Shown piece after piece: positions 51,301 to 64,000 of a stretch of DNA of 64,000 bases. This stretch comes from Octopus sinensis. Its lineage: Eukaryota. How positions within the stretch are numbered: the stretch's first letter is position 1; each line of letters starts with the position of its first letter. The stretch is taken from contig NC_043025.1 in the NCBI RefSeq assembly GCF_006345805.1, positions 7,254,001 to 7,318,000 on the forward strand. The letters run 5' to 3'. A program made the position numbers and the translations under genes. The notes under the pieces were generated by a model. The model saw only the letters and a program-made list of their open reading frames with translations, was not told where the DNA came from and made no database searches.

Positions 51301-51469
51301 CTGGACCAGTATTTTACCATCACACAGGGCGGATCTTTCATATGAGGGACAAACTTTTTCAATGCAGGACAGACTTCGCCTTCAAGAAAGAACCTGCCGA
51401 ACCATTTATAAAGATCGGAACCTTTCGGAAACTCGAGTTCAAGAATGTCAAATGGCCAGCACTTGGGGC
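51301..51469 (-). CDS. DHX37: DHX37 coding exon: PKCWPFDILELEFPKGSDLYKWFGRFFLEGEVCPALKKFVPHMKDPPCVMVKYWS(R)
   Basis: Acceptor tctctgtag, donor gtaaga, 169 nt (phase 1 to 2). Resembles human [30 protein letters not shown]...SSPGTMLKTWAR. Confidence 0.94.
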
Positions 51470-51851
51470 CTACAGAGATATAAAAAACAATCATATTAAA
51501 GAAATATATAGCAATGGAAAGGACGGTGATCAAAGGGAGCTTGTTATTGGTGTTTAGCCCTAAGTCAGCTTTGACCCAGTAGGGGTCTGTTCATGATCAT
51601 TCCTGTCATTTATTCAGACATTGTGTATCTAAGACTACATTGGGATCTTTTCCTTTTGAACGGCAGTTTTCAACACAATTTCTAGTTAACTAAACACTTT
51701 TAAACTTCGTATACTGATAGAATGTGTCAAAATAAAACATTTTTTTCTCTTGGCTTTCTTGAGAGAATTGTAATTTGTAAGTTTAACGTAGTTTAATTTT
51801 TCGAATTTTAACCAATCCCAGTTACAAAAAAACAGACATTTTAATATGGTG

Positions 51852-52235
51852 TCATCATCATGATCATCATCATCATCGTTTAACGTCCGTTCTCCATGCT
51901 GGCATGGGTTGGACGGTTCGACCGGGAATCCGGGAAGCCATAAGGCAGCACCAGGCTCCGGTCTTATCTGGCAGTGTTTCTACAGCTGGATGCCCTTCCT
52001 AACGCCAACCACTCCGTGAGTGTAGTGGGTGCTTTTTACGTGCCACCTGCACTGGTGCCAGGCGAGGCTGGCATCGGCCACGGTCGGATTGGTGCATTTT
52101 ACATGCCACCGGCACGGAAGCCAGTCGAGGCGGCACTGGCATCGGCCACGATTCGGATAGTGCTTTTTATGTATCTCCAGTCCAAGGCTCCTGGCATCTG
52201 CCGGGTGCCAGTCATAGGATTGGTTCAATTTCGAT
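51852..52235 (-). mobile_element. Family E 3'UTR copy
   Basis: (CAT)n start on the plus strand plus UTR motifs. Confidence 0.8.
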
Positions 52236-52275
52236 TTAATTCAATCAAGGAAAGAAAGTTGTGAATCTAATCTAG

Positions 52276-52651
52276 TCAACAGCTTCTCATGAAGATAACA
52301 TGGACGCTGTTCAGGCTCAAAAGATTGACCGTTAAGTAAACCTCCTAGAAGAATGTGAAGACACAGACTGGGAAGTGGAGCATTTTCCAATCGAAATTAG
52401 ATGTACATGAGTCTGACACTGTATTGGACACAGTGTGAGACTCATCGAAAAGTCAATACCACCATGACCAATATCCAAACTACAATAGAAAAGGCTAGCC
52501 ACTGGATTTGGTTAAAAAGAGACGATGAGCGATGGCTAGAAGAATATTGAGTTTTATATGACAACCAGTTGATCTAGCAAGTGGGGCCTCGTATCAGTGA
52601 GGACAGCCGATGCACATTGATGTGGCCCAAACCTACTTTTGGGCCACCCTC
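52276..52651 (+). mobile_element. 3' end of a HERO-like (R2 superfamily, restriction-like endonuclease) non-LTR retrotransposon; shorter copies at 52964-53090 and 55796-55945
   Basis: HEDNMDAVQAQKIDR*VNLLEECEDTDWEVEHFPIEIRC ... EKASHWIWLKR, compared with the HERO-type ELTVPWEE..ERK..KY..PIEVGCRG..EKASRWLWLKR. Terminal 10-bp hairpin. Confidence 0.7.
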
Positions 52652-52859
52652 CCTCTCTCTCTTTCGGAGAGGCACTGAGCAGCTATACGCACACATACAC
52701 ACACGGCAGTAACTTCCACCTACCGAATTCAATCACAAAGCTCCGGTCGGCTCGGGGCTACAGATATATATATATATATATATAATATATATATATACAT
52801 ACACACACACATATATATATATATACACACACACTCACACATATCACATATATACATAT

Positions 52860-52897
<38 letters not shown>

Positions 52898-53356
52898 GAG
52901 CCAGGAGAAATATATATATACATATATGTATGTATTTTTATAGATACATATATACATATATACCTGGATTTGGTTAAAAGAGACGATGAGCGATGGCTAG
53001 AAGAATATTGAGCTATATTCAATAACCAGTTGATCAAGCAAGTAGGGCCTCATATCAGTGAAGGTGGCCGGTGTGCATTGATGCCATCGAGAGGTAGGCC
53101 CCAAAACAGCATGCATTCACTAGTTTCCGGTTTGCGGAGCTCTCAACTGGTAGCATTTGCATGTGAAAGTTGTTTGAAGGGCATCACATAACTTAGCAGT
53201 TCAGCAAAAGAAATCAATAAAATAAGTACCATAAAAAAAATAGTTAAGTCCTGGGGTCAATTTGTTCAGCTAAGTCTTTCAAGGAAATGTTCCAGCATGG
53301 CCACGATCCAACGATTGAAACAAGTAAAAGATGAAATGTAAAAATTCCTAACTTAC

Positions 53357-53494
53357 CAAAAGTTCCAGACATGTGACAGAAAACTTTTCCTGTCTTTGGA
53401 TCAAATCTTGGCGCCGGAGATTCTTCGGGTTTGGAAAACTGGCACAGATTCGGTAATATCAATGGGAACCACTGTGCCTCGACACCAGCAACAA
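53357..53494 (-). CDS. DHX37: DHX37 coding exon: (I)VAGVEAQWFPLILPNLCQFSKPEESPAPRFDPKTGKVFCHMSGTF(G)
   Basis: Acceptor tttctacag, donor gtaagt, 138 nt (phase 1 to 1). Resembles human [40 protein letters not shown]. Confidence 0.94.
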
Positions 53495-53668
53495 CTGTAG
53501 AAATAAGGAATGGTTTAGAGAGATGCAAAGGCAGTCGGAAGAGATTTTTAGGGGTCAGTGAGGACGGGTATGAGGGGTGGTGCATGTGCAGTTACAGGGT
53601 GCCACTGCATCCACCATTTGTTGGTATCTACTCAGGTCATCATCATCATCATCATCATCTAATCTCAC

Positions 53669-54482
53669 CTAAACCTTGTGTATAACACGCACCCCTTCTC
53701 TAACTTGAGTCAAGGTCTATATAACGTCCTTGGTTTGTAAAAAGGTATACGGTAACATCCTTTATTATTATTGTATATATAACATAATGCAAACGTGTAT
53801 ACGCAGGGGATTTTTAGGGGGCTGTACCTCTGAAAAACCTAAACCTTGTGTATAATACGCACCCCTTCTCTAACTTGAGTCAAGGTCTATATAACGTCCT
53901 TGGTTTATAAAAAGGTATACGTTAACGTCCTTTATTATTATTGTATATATAACATAATGCAAACGTGTATACGCAGGGGATTTTTAGGGGGCTGTACCTC
54001 TGAAAAACCTAAACCTTGTGTATAATACGCACCCCTTCTCTAACTTGAGTCAAGGTCTATATAACGTCCTTGGTTTGTAAAAAGGTATATGGTAACGTCC
54101 TTTATTATTATTGTATATATAACAATGCAAACGTGTATACGCAGGGGATTTTTAAGGGGCTGTACCTCTGAAAAACCTAAACCTTGTGTATAATACGCAC
54201 CCCTTCTCTAACTTGAGTCAAGGTCTATATAACGTCCTTGGTGTGTAAAAAGGTATACGTTAACGTCCTTTATTATTATTGTATATATAACATAATGCAA
54301 ACGTGTATACGCAGGGGATTTTTAGGGGGCTGTACCTCTGAAAAATCTAAACCTTGTGTATAATACGCACCCCTTCTCTAACTTGAGTCAAGGAGGTCTA
54401 TATAACGTCCTTGGTTTGTAAAAAGGTATACAGTAATATCCTTTATTATTATTATGTATATATAACATAATACAAACATGTA
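53669..54482. repeat. 170-bp tandem repeat, about 4.8 copies, inside a DHX37 intron
   Basis: Unit starts at 53669, 53839, 54009, 54177 and 54347. Confidence 0.95.
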
Positions 54483-55539
54483 GCCTTTTTGTGCATTTTG
54501 TTTGCAGAAAATAAAGAAATAACAGTAATAACGTTTAATAAATGTTGCGTACTGCAAGTTATGGATGATTTAACCCTTTCATTACCAACCCCACTGAAAC
54601 TGCCTCTGGCTCTGTAATACAAATGTCTTGTTTTCATAAGTTTTGAATTAAAATCCCCCACCAGACCTTACACAATTTATGTTCCTAACACTAGCTGAAT
54701 GATAACTAAGTTATTTTACTAAATTCTTTGTTATATTTAAAATCACTTGAAAGAAACACAGAGCATCTCAACAGAAATAGGGTAACAAAGGGGTTAAGGT
54801 ATTTTCATGCCCGACATCACAAAATGTGTCTGAATAAACATTGCTGGACAGCAAATAGAGACTCGGACATTGCTTAGAAAATATTTTTCATTTTTAACCT
54901 TGTATATAGTACGCACTAGGGACTTTGACCCTTAAATTTTGGGGAAAATAAGCGGATTATACTCGAAGATTTATGGTAACTATTTCTTTAAAAAAAATTA
55001 ATTTTTTCCTATGCATGGTGACTTTTGAATCATCTGTTCTCAAAAATAGCGTTCGTAACACTTTATCTCGTTCGGCTTAACAGCCCTTCTTGTCTTGTTA
55101 TTCTCCTTGTCCTGTCTTTTACTCTTTATATTTTGTACTGTTGTTACTGTCCTGTTTTTGTTACCATTTTTACCCCTCCACAAAAAGATCTCAAATTTTA
55201 TTTAATTTGCTTTTCGCAGGAAAGAAAGTTTCTATCGAAGATGCGTATCGCCTTCACCTTCGAAACGCAGAGTAGGTGAAACCATGGCGACTGAAGAAGG
55301 GGAATTTTCCTTGTGTTATTTGTCCTGTACTCTATTTTTTTGTTGTTTAAGAAAAATGTCCATTTCCTTGGTTTTGTGTTTATGTTTTCGTTTCTCATTG
55401 TGTTCGACGTTTTTTTGGTGTCCTGTACCCATATATGCATGTATATATACATGTAGAGGTAGGTACGTACATATATGTATGTATATATGCATATGTTTTA
55501 TTTATTAATTTATATATACATATATCAGGTCAGATATGG

Positions 55540-55795
55540 GAGAATGCTCCATTGTAGTGTTTGGAACATTTACCATTTGTCAGTATCTGCTCAGGTCATC
55601 CTGAACAATCCTCTGAGTAGAGTCTTAGTTGATCCCCATCTCCACAAGATACCGCCTCATCTGCTGTGACCATGAGGCATTTGGTCGACCAACATAAGCC
55701 ATCGACCCAGCAGGATTCTCGGAGAAGAGAGCAGAATACGCAGGTTCCGACTTGGAAAATTGAGCAACATGACCAAACAATGTGAACTGAAGCTC
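55540..55795 (-). mobile_element. RTE-type LINE C-terminal fragment
   Basis: QELQFTLFGHVAQFSKSEPAYSALFSENPAG...GRPNASWSQQM (FGHV..GRP..W motif). Confidence 0.6.
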
Positions 55796-56026
55796 CTGAA
55801 TTTGGTTAAAAAGAGACGATGAGAGATGGCTAGAAGAATATTGAGCTTTATATGACAACTAGTTCATCTAGCAAGCAGGGCCTCGCATCAGTGAGGGCAG
55901 CCGGTGCACATTGATGTGGCCCAAACCTACTTTTGGGCCACCCTGTATATATAATATAAACAGATATATATATATATATATACACACACATATCACATAT
56001 ATACATTTGTTGGTATCTGACAAATC

Positions 56027-56335
56027 TGTGTTGTGGGGCTGCAGAGTTGCATTGTGGGACTGTAGAGCTGTGTTGTGGGTTACTAGAGATGTGTTGTGGA
56101 GGTGTAGAACCGTGTTGTGGGACTGTGGAGATGTGTTGTGGGATTGCGGAGATGTGTTGTGGGACTGCGGAGATGTGTTGTGGGATTGTGGAGATGTGTT
56201 GTGGGACTTTGGAGATGTGCTGTAGGACTGCGGAGATGTGTTGTGGGACTGTGGAGATGTGTTGTGGGACCGTGATCTATGTTATGGGGCTGCAGAGCTG
56301 TGTTGTGAGACTGTAGAGTTGTGTAGTGGGGCTGT
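56027..56335. repeat. 21-bp minisatellite (GATGTGTTGTGGGACTGTGGA)n next to a DHX37 donor site
   Basis: 7-aa periodic ORFs (DVLWDCG). Confidence 0.9.
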
Positions 56336-56360
56336 TATATCAAAATTTTTCATAACTCAC

Positions 56361-56475
56361 TTTTCATGTAGGGTTTCGCTGTTTCGTGAACAAACTGGTA
56401 GACAACATATTGGGGCCGTTTCTTGTGAAGAATGGATTCTGGGTGGATCCACACAGGGTCATTGGAGTCTAAGGT
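56361..56475 (-). CDS. DHX37: DHX37 coding exon (most upstream found in window): TLDSNDPVWIHPESILHKKRPQYVVYQFVHETAKPYMK
   Basis: Acceptor ttctgaaag, donor gtgagt, 115 nt (phase 0 to 1). Peptide matches my recollection of the human DHX37 OB-fold region [38 protein letters not shown]. Confidence 0.93.
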
Positions 56476-56614
56476 CTTTCAGAAATAAAGAATGAGAGAA
56501 TGAGATTTTTTTTTTTGGAAGAGTGGTTGATATTTTAGAAGAACAAGAGAGAGAATGAGAGAGATTTTAGGAGAGTGAGAGATCTTTTAAGAGAAAGAGA
56601 GAGATCTTTTAGAA

Positions 56615-56839
56615 CAGCAGTTCCCAAAGTGGGTAGTATTGCCCCCCTTCCCGGGGGCGCTGGAAGCTTGCAAGAGAGTATTGAAGAAAAGTAGGGTGAT
56701 AACGGGGTAGTGAATCATGTAAAAAAAAAAATAATGGAAATAGAGTTGCATTGAAAGAGGTCTATGTTTGGGAGGGGGCGCTAGGAAAGTGGCCTAGGTG
56801 TCAAGGGGGCGGCAGCCTGAAAAAGTTTGGGAACCACTG
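56615..56839. mobile_element. hAT MITE (225 bp)
   Basis: TIR CAGCAGTTCCCAAA/TTTGGGAACCACTG and a perfect 8-bp TSD TTTTAGAA. Confidence 0.9.
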
Positions 56840-57248
56840 TTTTAGAAGAATGAAAGAGATGTTTTAGGAGAAAGAATGAGATTTTGGAAGTGAGAGAGTA
56901 AGATCTTTAGAAGTGTGAGAGAAGGATTTTTTAAGAAAATGAGAGCTGTTGAGAGAGAGAGGGAGAAATAGCATCAAAACTTAATTAAAACAAAGAATGA
57001 AGATCACAACCCAACTGGCAACACTTAGGAAAAATACAAAATAAATTATAAATATTCAATATGAGAGACCTTATAAGTGACTTGACATTATGTGCGTATG
57101 TGTGTGTGTGTGTGTGTAGCTAGATATTGATCTCTCAATCAATCAGTGAAATTATCTGTTAATCAATATACACACATATGCATTTGTGTGTGTGTGTGTG
57201 TGTGTGTGTCTGTGTATGTATATATATATATATATATTATGTATGCCG

Positions 57249-57280
<32 letters not shown>

Positions 57281-57539
57281 ATATATATATATAATGTATG
57301 TATATATATCTAAAATACATATTATATATATATATGATAATATATATATATATAACATATGTATATTATATATTATATATGTATGTATATATATATATGT
57401 ATGTATATATATATATATATATATGTATGTATAATATATATAATATATATATATATGGTATGTATTATATATATATAGTATGTATATATATAAATATATA
57501 TATATTATATAATATAGTATGATATATATATATACATAC

Positions 57540-58185
57540 ATCATCATCATCGTTTAGCGTCCGTTTTCCATGCTAGCATGGGTTGGACGGTTCTACTGGG
57601 GTCTGTGAAGCCAGAAGGCCTTCATCAGGCCCAGTCAAATCTGGCAGTGTTTCTACGGCTGGATGCCCTTCCTAACGCCAACCACTCCGTGAGTGTAGTG
57701 GGTGCTTTTTACGTGCCAACCACTGGTGCCAGACAGAGCTGGCAAACGGCCACGAACGGATGGTGCTTTTATGTGCCAGGCGAGGCTGGCAATGGACACG
57801 AAACGGGGCGGTGCTGGCAACGGTCGCGAAAACAGAAAGTTCTCTACATGCCACCGCATGGTAACACATCTGCAATTTCCATTGATCGATTTCGATCTGA
57901 TCGTCATTGCCTCAACGGGTCTTCACAAGCAGAGTTTTGACATGCCACCGGCACTGGTAGCACATCCGCATTTCCATTGATCGATTCGATTCTGATCCTC
58001 ACTTGCCTCATCACGTCTTCACAAGTAGAGTTTGTGTCCCAAGAAGGGAAGGTATGCATACGTAGGCTGGCCTCCATCCCATGTAGAGGCACGGTTATGG
58101 ACTCACTTGTCCTGCCGGGTCTTCTCGCGCACGCACACCCAGAGGGCTCGGTCTCTAGTCATTTCCTCAGTGAGACTAAAGTTCG
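57540..58185 (-). mobile_element. Family E RTE-type 3' end
   Basis: SLTEEMTRDRALWVCVREKTRQDK-stop plus UTR and tail. Confidence 0.8.
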
Positions 58186-59260
58186 AAGGTCGTGCTTCAC
58201 CACAAATACATACATACACACGCACACACATCTATCATGATCATTAATGTCCATTCTCATGCTGGCACGAGTTAGATGGCTTCACCCAGGACTGGTAAGC
58301 TAGTGATTTTACAGTTGGATGCTATTCCTAACACCAACCACCCGATCCACCAATCCATGCTCAAGCTTTTAGTCAGCCTGGGGCTATAGTAGAAGATAGT
58401 GCCCAAGGCATCATCTAATAGGCTCGAATCTGAAACACATATGATTGGGAAACAAATATTTTACCATGCAGCCACATCCGATTATGAACTACTGAACTTG
58501 AAATCAGAGGCTGAACATCCTATTGTGTCAGTGAACTAACACTCTACTCTTCTGTAGGTTATTATTCTAGACAATACATCCATTATTTATTTGCATGGCC
58601 AAGTAACAATTAATATAAACAGACAACGATTTTCTTTTTTTTGATTATCAGATATTGATTTGTATCATCTTACTATCCATTCATACGACTAGGCATTGAA
58701 TGATTTCTATTTATTTGTATATAGATATTTATTGATTAGTACTAGAAGGTATTGCACCACCATATACTGGTATTGGTTTGTACCATAAGATATTGATTAG
58801 CACAAGATATTGATTTATTTTAAAAGGTGTAGATTTGTACCATCAGGTATCAATCTACATCAGATAATGACTTACACCACAAGCTATTGATTTGTATTGA
58901 TTTCTTGTTTGATTTTACACAAAGTTAAGGTACATAACAAGATATTCTGCAATTAAGCTAAAATAGGTACCATTTTACTTTTCATGGTTAGATTTCTATG
59001 GCATTGTTAATGATGTCTACATTTATAACTGTTAAAGAAGAAAGCAATTTGCGGAGATTTCTGAATCTGTCCAACTTTTAGCAAAACAATAAACAAAGAT
59101 CTTATGTGTCTTTGTGTGTACGTATGTGTATGCGTATAAATATATATATACATACATACACATAATATATATGTATATAAATATATATATATATACATAC
59201 ATATATATATATATACACATACATCATATATATACATACATATATATACATACATGCATA

Positions 59261-59303
<43 letters not shown>

Positions 59304-60061
59304 AAGGAAATGGATAGTGTCACAAAATATGAATATATATATTCATATTTAGTGACAACTAACAGTATAACCTGGCTTTGCCTGGGATTAAGTTAGGATT
59401 ATTAAGAAAATCAAGTTCTTTATTTCAAACCAAACTAAGTAACATTGACGTCAAATCTGGGCGAAATCTGTTGAAATTAGTATATATAAATATGGGCAAC
59501 ACACTCGCACGCACACACACATACACACACGTGCGTACATACACCTATTGCATACATGTTTTTTGTATGCATACATGTTCGTGTGTGTGTGTGTGTGTGT
59601 GTTGCCTGTATATCAACAAAACACTTTTTTCCCTCGATCGAAAAAACCAACAAAAGTCTTAACAAAAATTTACTTGTTGCTAGAAGGGGACTTAACTCTA
59701 GTTTGCAAACAATGGTGATTTCTCCAACTTGAAAATTGTTAAAAGTTTTAGTTGCAAATTTATTTTTACTGCTATTTGCTGGTGCCTCTGGTAAAGATAA
59801 GCTGACAAAAATACAGCTAGGGTCATGATAGATGTCCTCCTAAAATTGGAGCGACATGTGTGCTAATTTGTGGTCATGCATAAATTACATTCACATGCAC
59901 ACACACAAACCTCACTTTTATATATACAGTTTATAGTTTTATTTTTGGTAACACATTGCACATGGCTGTCTATATCAATTTCATATAAATATATAGGTGT
60001 GTGTGTGTGGAGGAGTATGTGTGTGTATACATACATGCATACATCCATACATACATGCATG

Positions 60062-60161
60062 NNNNNNNNNNNNNNNNNNNNNNNNNNNNNNNNNNNNNNN
60101 NNNNNNNNNNNNNNNNNNNNNNNNNNNNNNNNNNNNNNNNNNNNNNNNNNNNNNNNNNNNN
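60062..60161. other. 100-N assembly gap flanked by a near-identical duplication of about 1 kb
   Basis: 59076-60061 is repeated at 60162-61119. Confidence 0.95.
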
Positions 60162-62004
60162 TTTTAGCAAAACAATAAACAAAGATCTTATGTGTCTTTG
60201 TGGTGTACGATGGTATGCGTATAAATATATATATACATACATAACACATAATATATATGTATATAAACTATATATATATATATATACATACATATATATA
60301 TATATACCATACATCATATATATACATACATGCATATATATGTATATATAATATATATATATATAATATAAAGGAAATGGATAGTTGTCAAAATATGAAT
60401 ATATATATTCATATTTAGTGACAACTAACAGTATAAACCTGGCTTTGCCTGGGATTAAGTTAAGATTATTAAGAAAATCAAGTTCTTTATTTCAAACCAA
60501 ACTAAGTAACATTGACGTCAAATCTGGGCGAAATCTGTTGAAATTAGTATATATAATATGGGCAACACACTCGCACGCACACACACACATACACACACGT
60601 GCGTACATACACCTATTGATACATGTTTTGTATGCATACATGTTCGTGTGTGTGTGTGTGTGGTGTTGCCTGTATATCAACAAAACACTTTTTTCCCTTG
60701 ATCGAAAAAACCAACAAAAGTCTTAACAAAATTTACTTGTTGCTAGAAGGGGACTTAACTCTAGTTTGCAAACAATGGTGATTTCTCCAACTTGAAATTG
60801 TTAAAAGTTTTAGTTGCAAATTTATTTTTACTGCTATTTGCTGGTGCCTCTGGTAAAGATAAGCTGACAAAAATACAGCTAGGGTCATGATAGATGTCCT
60901 CCTAAAATTGGAGCGACATGTGTGCTAATTTGTGGTCATGCATAATTACATTCACATGCACAACACAAACCTCACTTTTATATATACAGTTTTATATTAT
61001 TTTTGGTAACACATTGCACATGGCTGTCTATATCAATTTCATATAAATATATAGTGTGTGTGTGTGTGGGAGGAGTATGTGTGTATACATACATGCATAC
61101 ATCCATACATACATGCATGCAAAACGTACATACAAGGACCTTGGATCTAGGTTTAAGGCCGGCGTTTTCTCTGTTGACAAGAAAGAAATCTTGCAATAAA
61201 ACTGAATAATGACATACATACATATATACATACTTATATACATGCACACATACATACATACATACATACATACATACATACATACAAACATATCTATCTA
61301 TCTACCTACATGGTGGCTGCTCCCTCGTTATCGAGTATGGCCATTGCACGAAGCTTAACCAATGTTGTTATCATGCAATGCCTGTGCAAGAAGATTTTTT
61401 TTTAAAGTGAGGAAAGGCTGTGCACTGAGTCAATCCACTCACTAAGCAACAGCAGCCATAATCCGAAAAAGAAGAACAAGTCAACATCATCGGTAACCAC
61501 TGAGCTGCAGGTTTTATGTCGGAGTTATCCCAGTTACTTGAGTTACCTTCTCCTAGAAGGATGCCCCTAACAAAGGCTAGGAGTCCTTCACTCCCAATTG
61601 TTTAGTGCGCGATCGGGTATTCAGTCCGATTATTTCTATGTCCCCGCACATGATACAGCCTTAAGACATTTATTGGATGACCGTTGACTCTAAGAGTTCC
61701 TCCACCCTTTGACAGGTTTTGTTTTCATCCCGCAGGGTGTCCAATAAACAACCTCCCACCAAGCAAGCTTGGTTGAGTTGCAGGTATAGTCGCCGACGAC
61801 CTGACCATGCAACAGGTTGTACTGTTACTGTTATATATACATATATATATAAACATATGTATACATATTATATATACATATGTATATATATATATATATA
61901 CATATGTATATATATATATATATACATATGTATATATATATATTATGTATGTATATATATATATGTATGTATATATATATATATATGTATATATATATTA
62001 TATG

Positions 62005-62043
<39 letters not shown>

Positions 62044-62313
62044 ATAATATATATGTATGTAGAATATATGTATGTATATATATATATGTATGTATTATAA
62101 TGTATGTATATATATAATATGTATGTATGTATATATATATATATGTATATATATGTATGTATATATATGTAGATATATATATGTATAATATATATATATA
62201 TATATGTATATTATATATTATAATATATAATATATATATATATATATATCTGATATATATTATGTAATATATATATATATATATAATATATATATTATAT
62301 AGTATATAGATGT

Positions 62314-62350
<37 letters not shown>

Positions 62351-62527
62351 TGTTATATATATTATATATACTATATATATTATATAGATATATGTATGAG
62401 TGTATGTATGTGGATATATATATATATGTATGTATGTGGATATATATATATATATATATTATTATATATATATATATATAATATATATATATAGTATATA
62501 TATATATATATATAATAATGTATGTAT

Positions 62528-62717
62528 AATAAAAAGTAAGAAGTAAAACCTAAAGAGGTCAAAAGGAAGAGTAAATACGTAGACAGCATTCTAATCACTA
62601 CAAACATTTCGATACATACAGATCCTTGCATATGCAGGATTTAAAGTTAAATTTAAGTTAAATTATTTAACGATTTACCTGTATTATATATATTATATAT
62701 ATATATATATAATATAT

Positions 62718-62749
<32 letters not shown>

Positions 62750-62912
62750 ATATGTATGTATATAAAAAGTAAGAAGTAAAAACTAAAAGAGTCAAAGGAA
62801 GAGTAAGTACGGTTAGACAGCATTCTAATCACTACAAAACATTTTGATACATACAGATCCTTGTATATGCAGGATTTAAAGTTAAATTAAGTTAAATTAT
62901 TTAACGATTTAC

Positions 62913-62991
<79 letters not shown>

Positions 62992-63150
62992 ATAAAAAGT
63001 AAGAAGTAAAAACTAAAAGAGTCAAAAGGAAGAGTAAGTACGGTTAGACAGCATTCTAATCACTACAAACATTTTGATACATACAGATCCTTGTATATGC
63101 AGGATTTAAAGTTAAATTTAAGTTAAATTATTTAACGATTTACCTGTATA
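62528..63150. repeat. Three copies of a unit of about 155 bp separated by (TA)n
   Basis: Starts near 62528, 62762 and 62993. Confidence 0.9.
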
Positions 63151-63366
63151 AGAAGATCCATTTGTATCTCCTCAAGCAATACACAGTTGCTGTCTCCATA
63201 AGTAAATCTAGATTTCCATGCTACAATATCTTGTCTTTAGTCCTGCTGGAAATTCTAAGGGTGAACGAGTTCTATTTGTACTACTATACGTTCTTAACAG
63301 AACACACCTCAGCTGACTAGATATGTGTGTCTGTGTGTGTGTATGTATTATATATATATATGTATA

Positions 63367-63700
63367 TACATGTAGGTAAGACACCCGTGCCAGTGACACA
63401 TAAAAAGCACCGTCCAAACGTAGCAGATGCCAGCGCCGCCTGACTGGCGTCCGTGTCGGTGACACGTAAAGGCACCAACCGATCGTGGCCGTTTGCCAGC
63501 CTCCTCAGGCCCCTGTGCTGGTGGCACGTAAAAAACACCCACTACACTCACGGAGTGGTTGGCGTTAGGAAGGGCATTCAGCTGTAGAAACAATGCCAAA
63601 CCAGACTGGAACCTGGTGCAGCCTTCATAGCTTCCCAGACCCCAGTTGCACCGTCCAACCCATGCCAGCATGGAAAGCGGATGCTAAATGATGATGATGA
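63367..63700 (+). mobile_element. Family E 3'UTR copy
   Basis: UTR motifs and (GAT)n tail. Confidence 0.8.
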
Positions 63701-64000
63701 TGATTAGACATATATACATACATACACACACCAAAGTAAACACATAAATGTGAAACAAGGTGGAAAACCAAAACTCTCCGACAAACAGGAAGATGGAACT
63801 CTGAGTAACAGTTTTGGTGATGTCTTTGCAGTTTTATTAATAAAGCGTACGTGCGTATGTATGTATCAGGCAGTTACTTTGAGTCTAATTTTAAGACCAA
63901 AGGACCATAAATTCTTCAGCTAGGTCCTGTCATCATGCAAGGGGTGTCCAAATTTCACGAAAAAAAAAAGAGCAAGTTGAACGGCATAAAATCCAGGGCC

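Noticed and set aside
59670-59850. Open frame EDIYHDPSCIF... after TTTTAG on the minus strand as an upstream DHX37 exon
   Set aside because: No similarity to the expected DHX37 segment (GLGDH.AR..AY) and only a weak donor.
61320-61810. Complex segment resembling a LINE 5'UTR
   Set aside because: No ORF or terminal hallmark that I could verify; left unannotated.
62600-62650. Possible degenerate hammerhead on the minus strand of the triplicated unit
   Set aside because: The CUGANGA core is missing (CTGCATA); too degenerate to support.

Overview
AT-rich, repeat-dense animal genomic DNA. The SINE, RTE and Helitron repertoire looks cephalopod, probably Octopus; this is an inference, not confirmed. 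The only solid gene is the 3' end of DHX37 (DEAH-box helicase, kurz/Dhr1 orthologue) on the minus strand. It has five coding exons (56361-56475, 53357-53494, 51301-51469, 47949-48046, 46693-46769) with GT-AG sites and matching phases, giving 198 aa plus stop; upstream exons were not found in the window. The rest is mostly tRNA-derived SINEs (at least four families), decayed RTE/RTEX/BovB-like and HERO-like LINE pieces, nested Tc1/mariner elements (DD41D inside DD34D), hAT MITEs with 8-bp TSDs, Helitron-like non-autonomous elements, a solo LTR, Penelope-like fragments and large tandem repeats. Best second-look items: hammerhead-ribozyme motifs (a perfect 75-bp palindrome at 1721-1903 and a tandem pair at 40719-41053), a GC-rich 70-bp hairpin minisatellite fused to a 1.17-kb (GGCTT)n tract, a regularly bulged 144-bp palindrome, a possible second minus-strand gene with a signal-peptide/Cys-rich exon broken by one frameshift, and a 45-bp VNTR filling about 95% of a DHX37 intron. 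No CRISPR, rRNA or true tRNA genes were seen. Most repeat boundaries were read by eye and are approximate.
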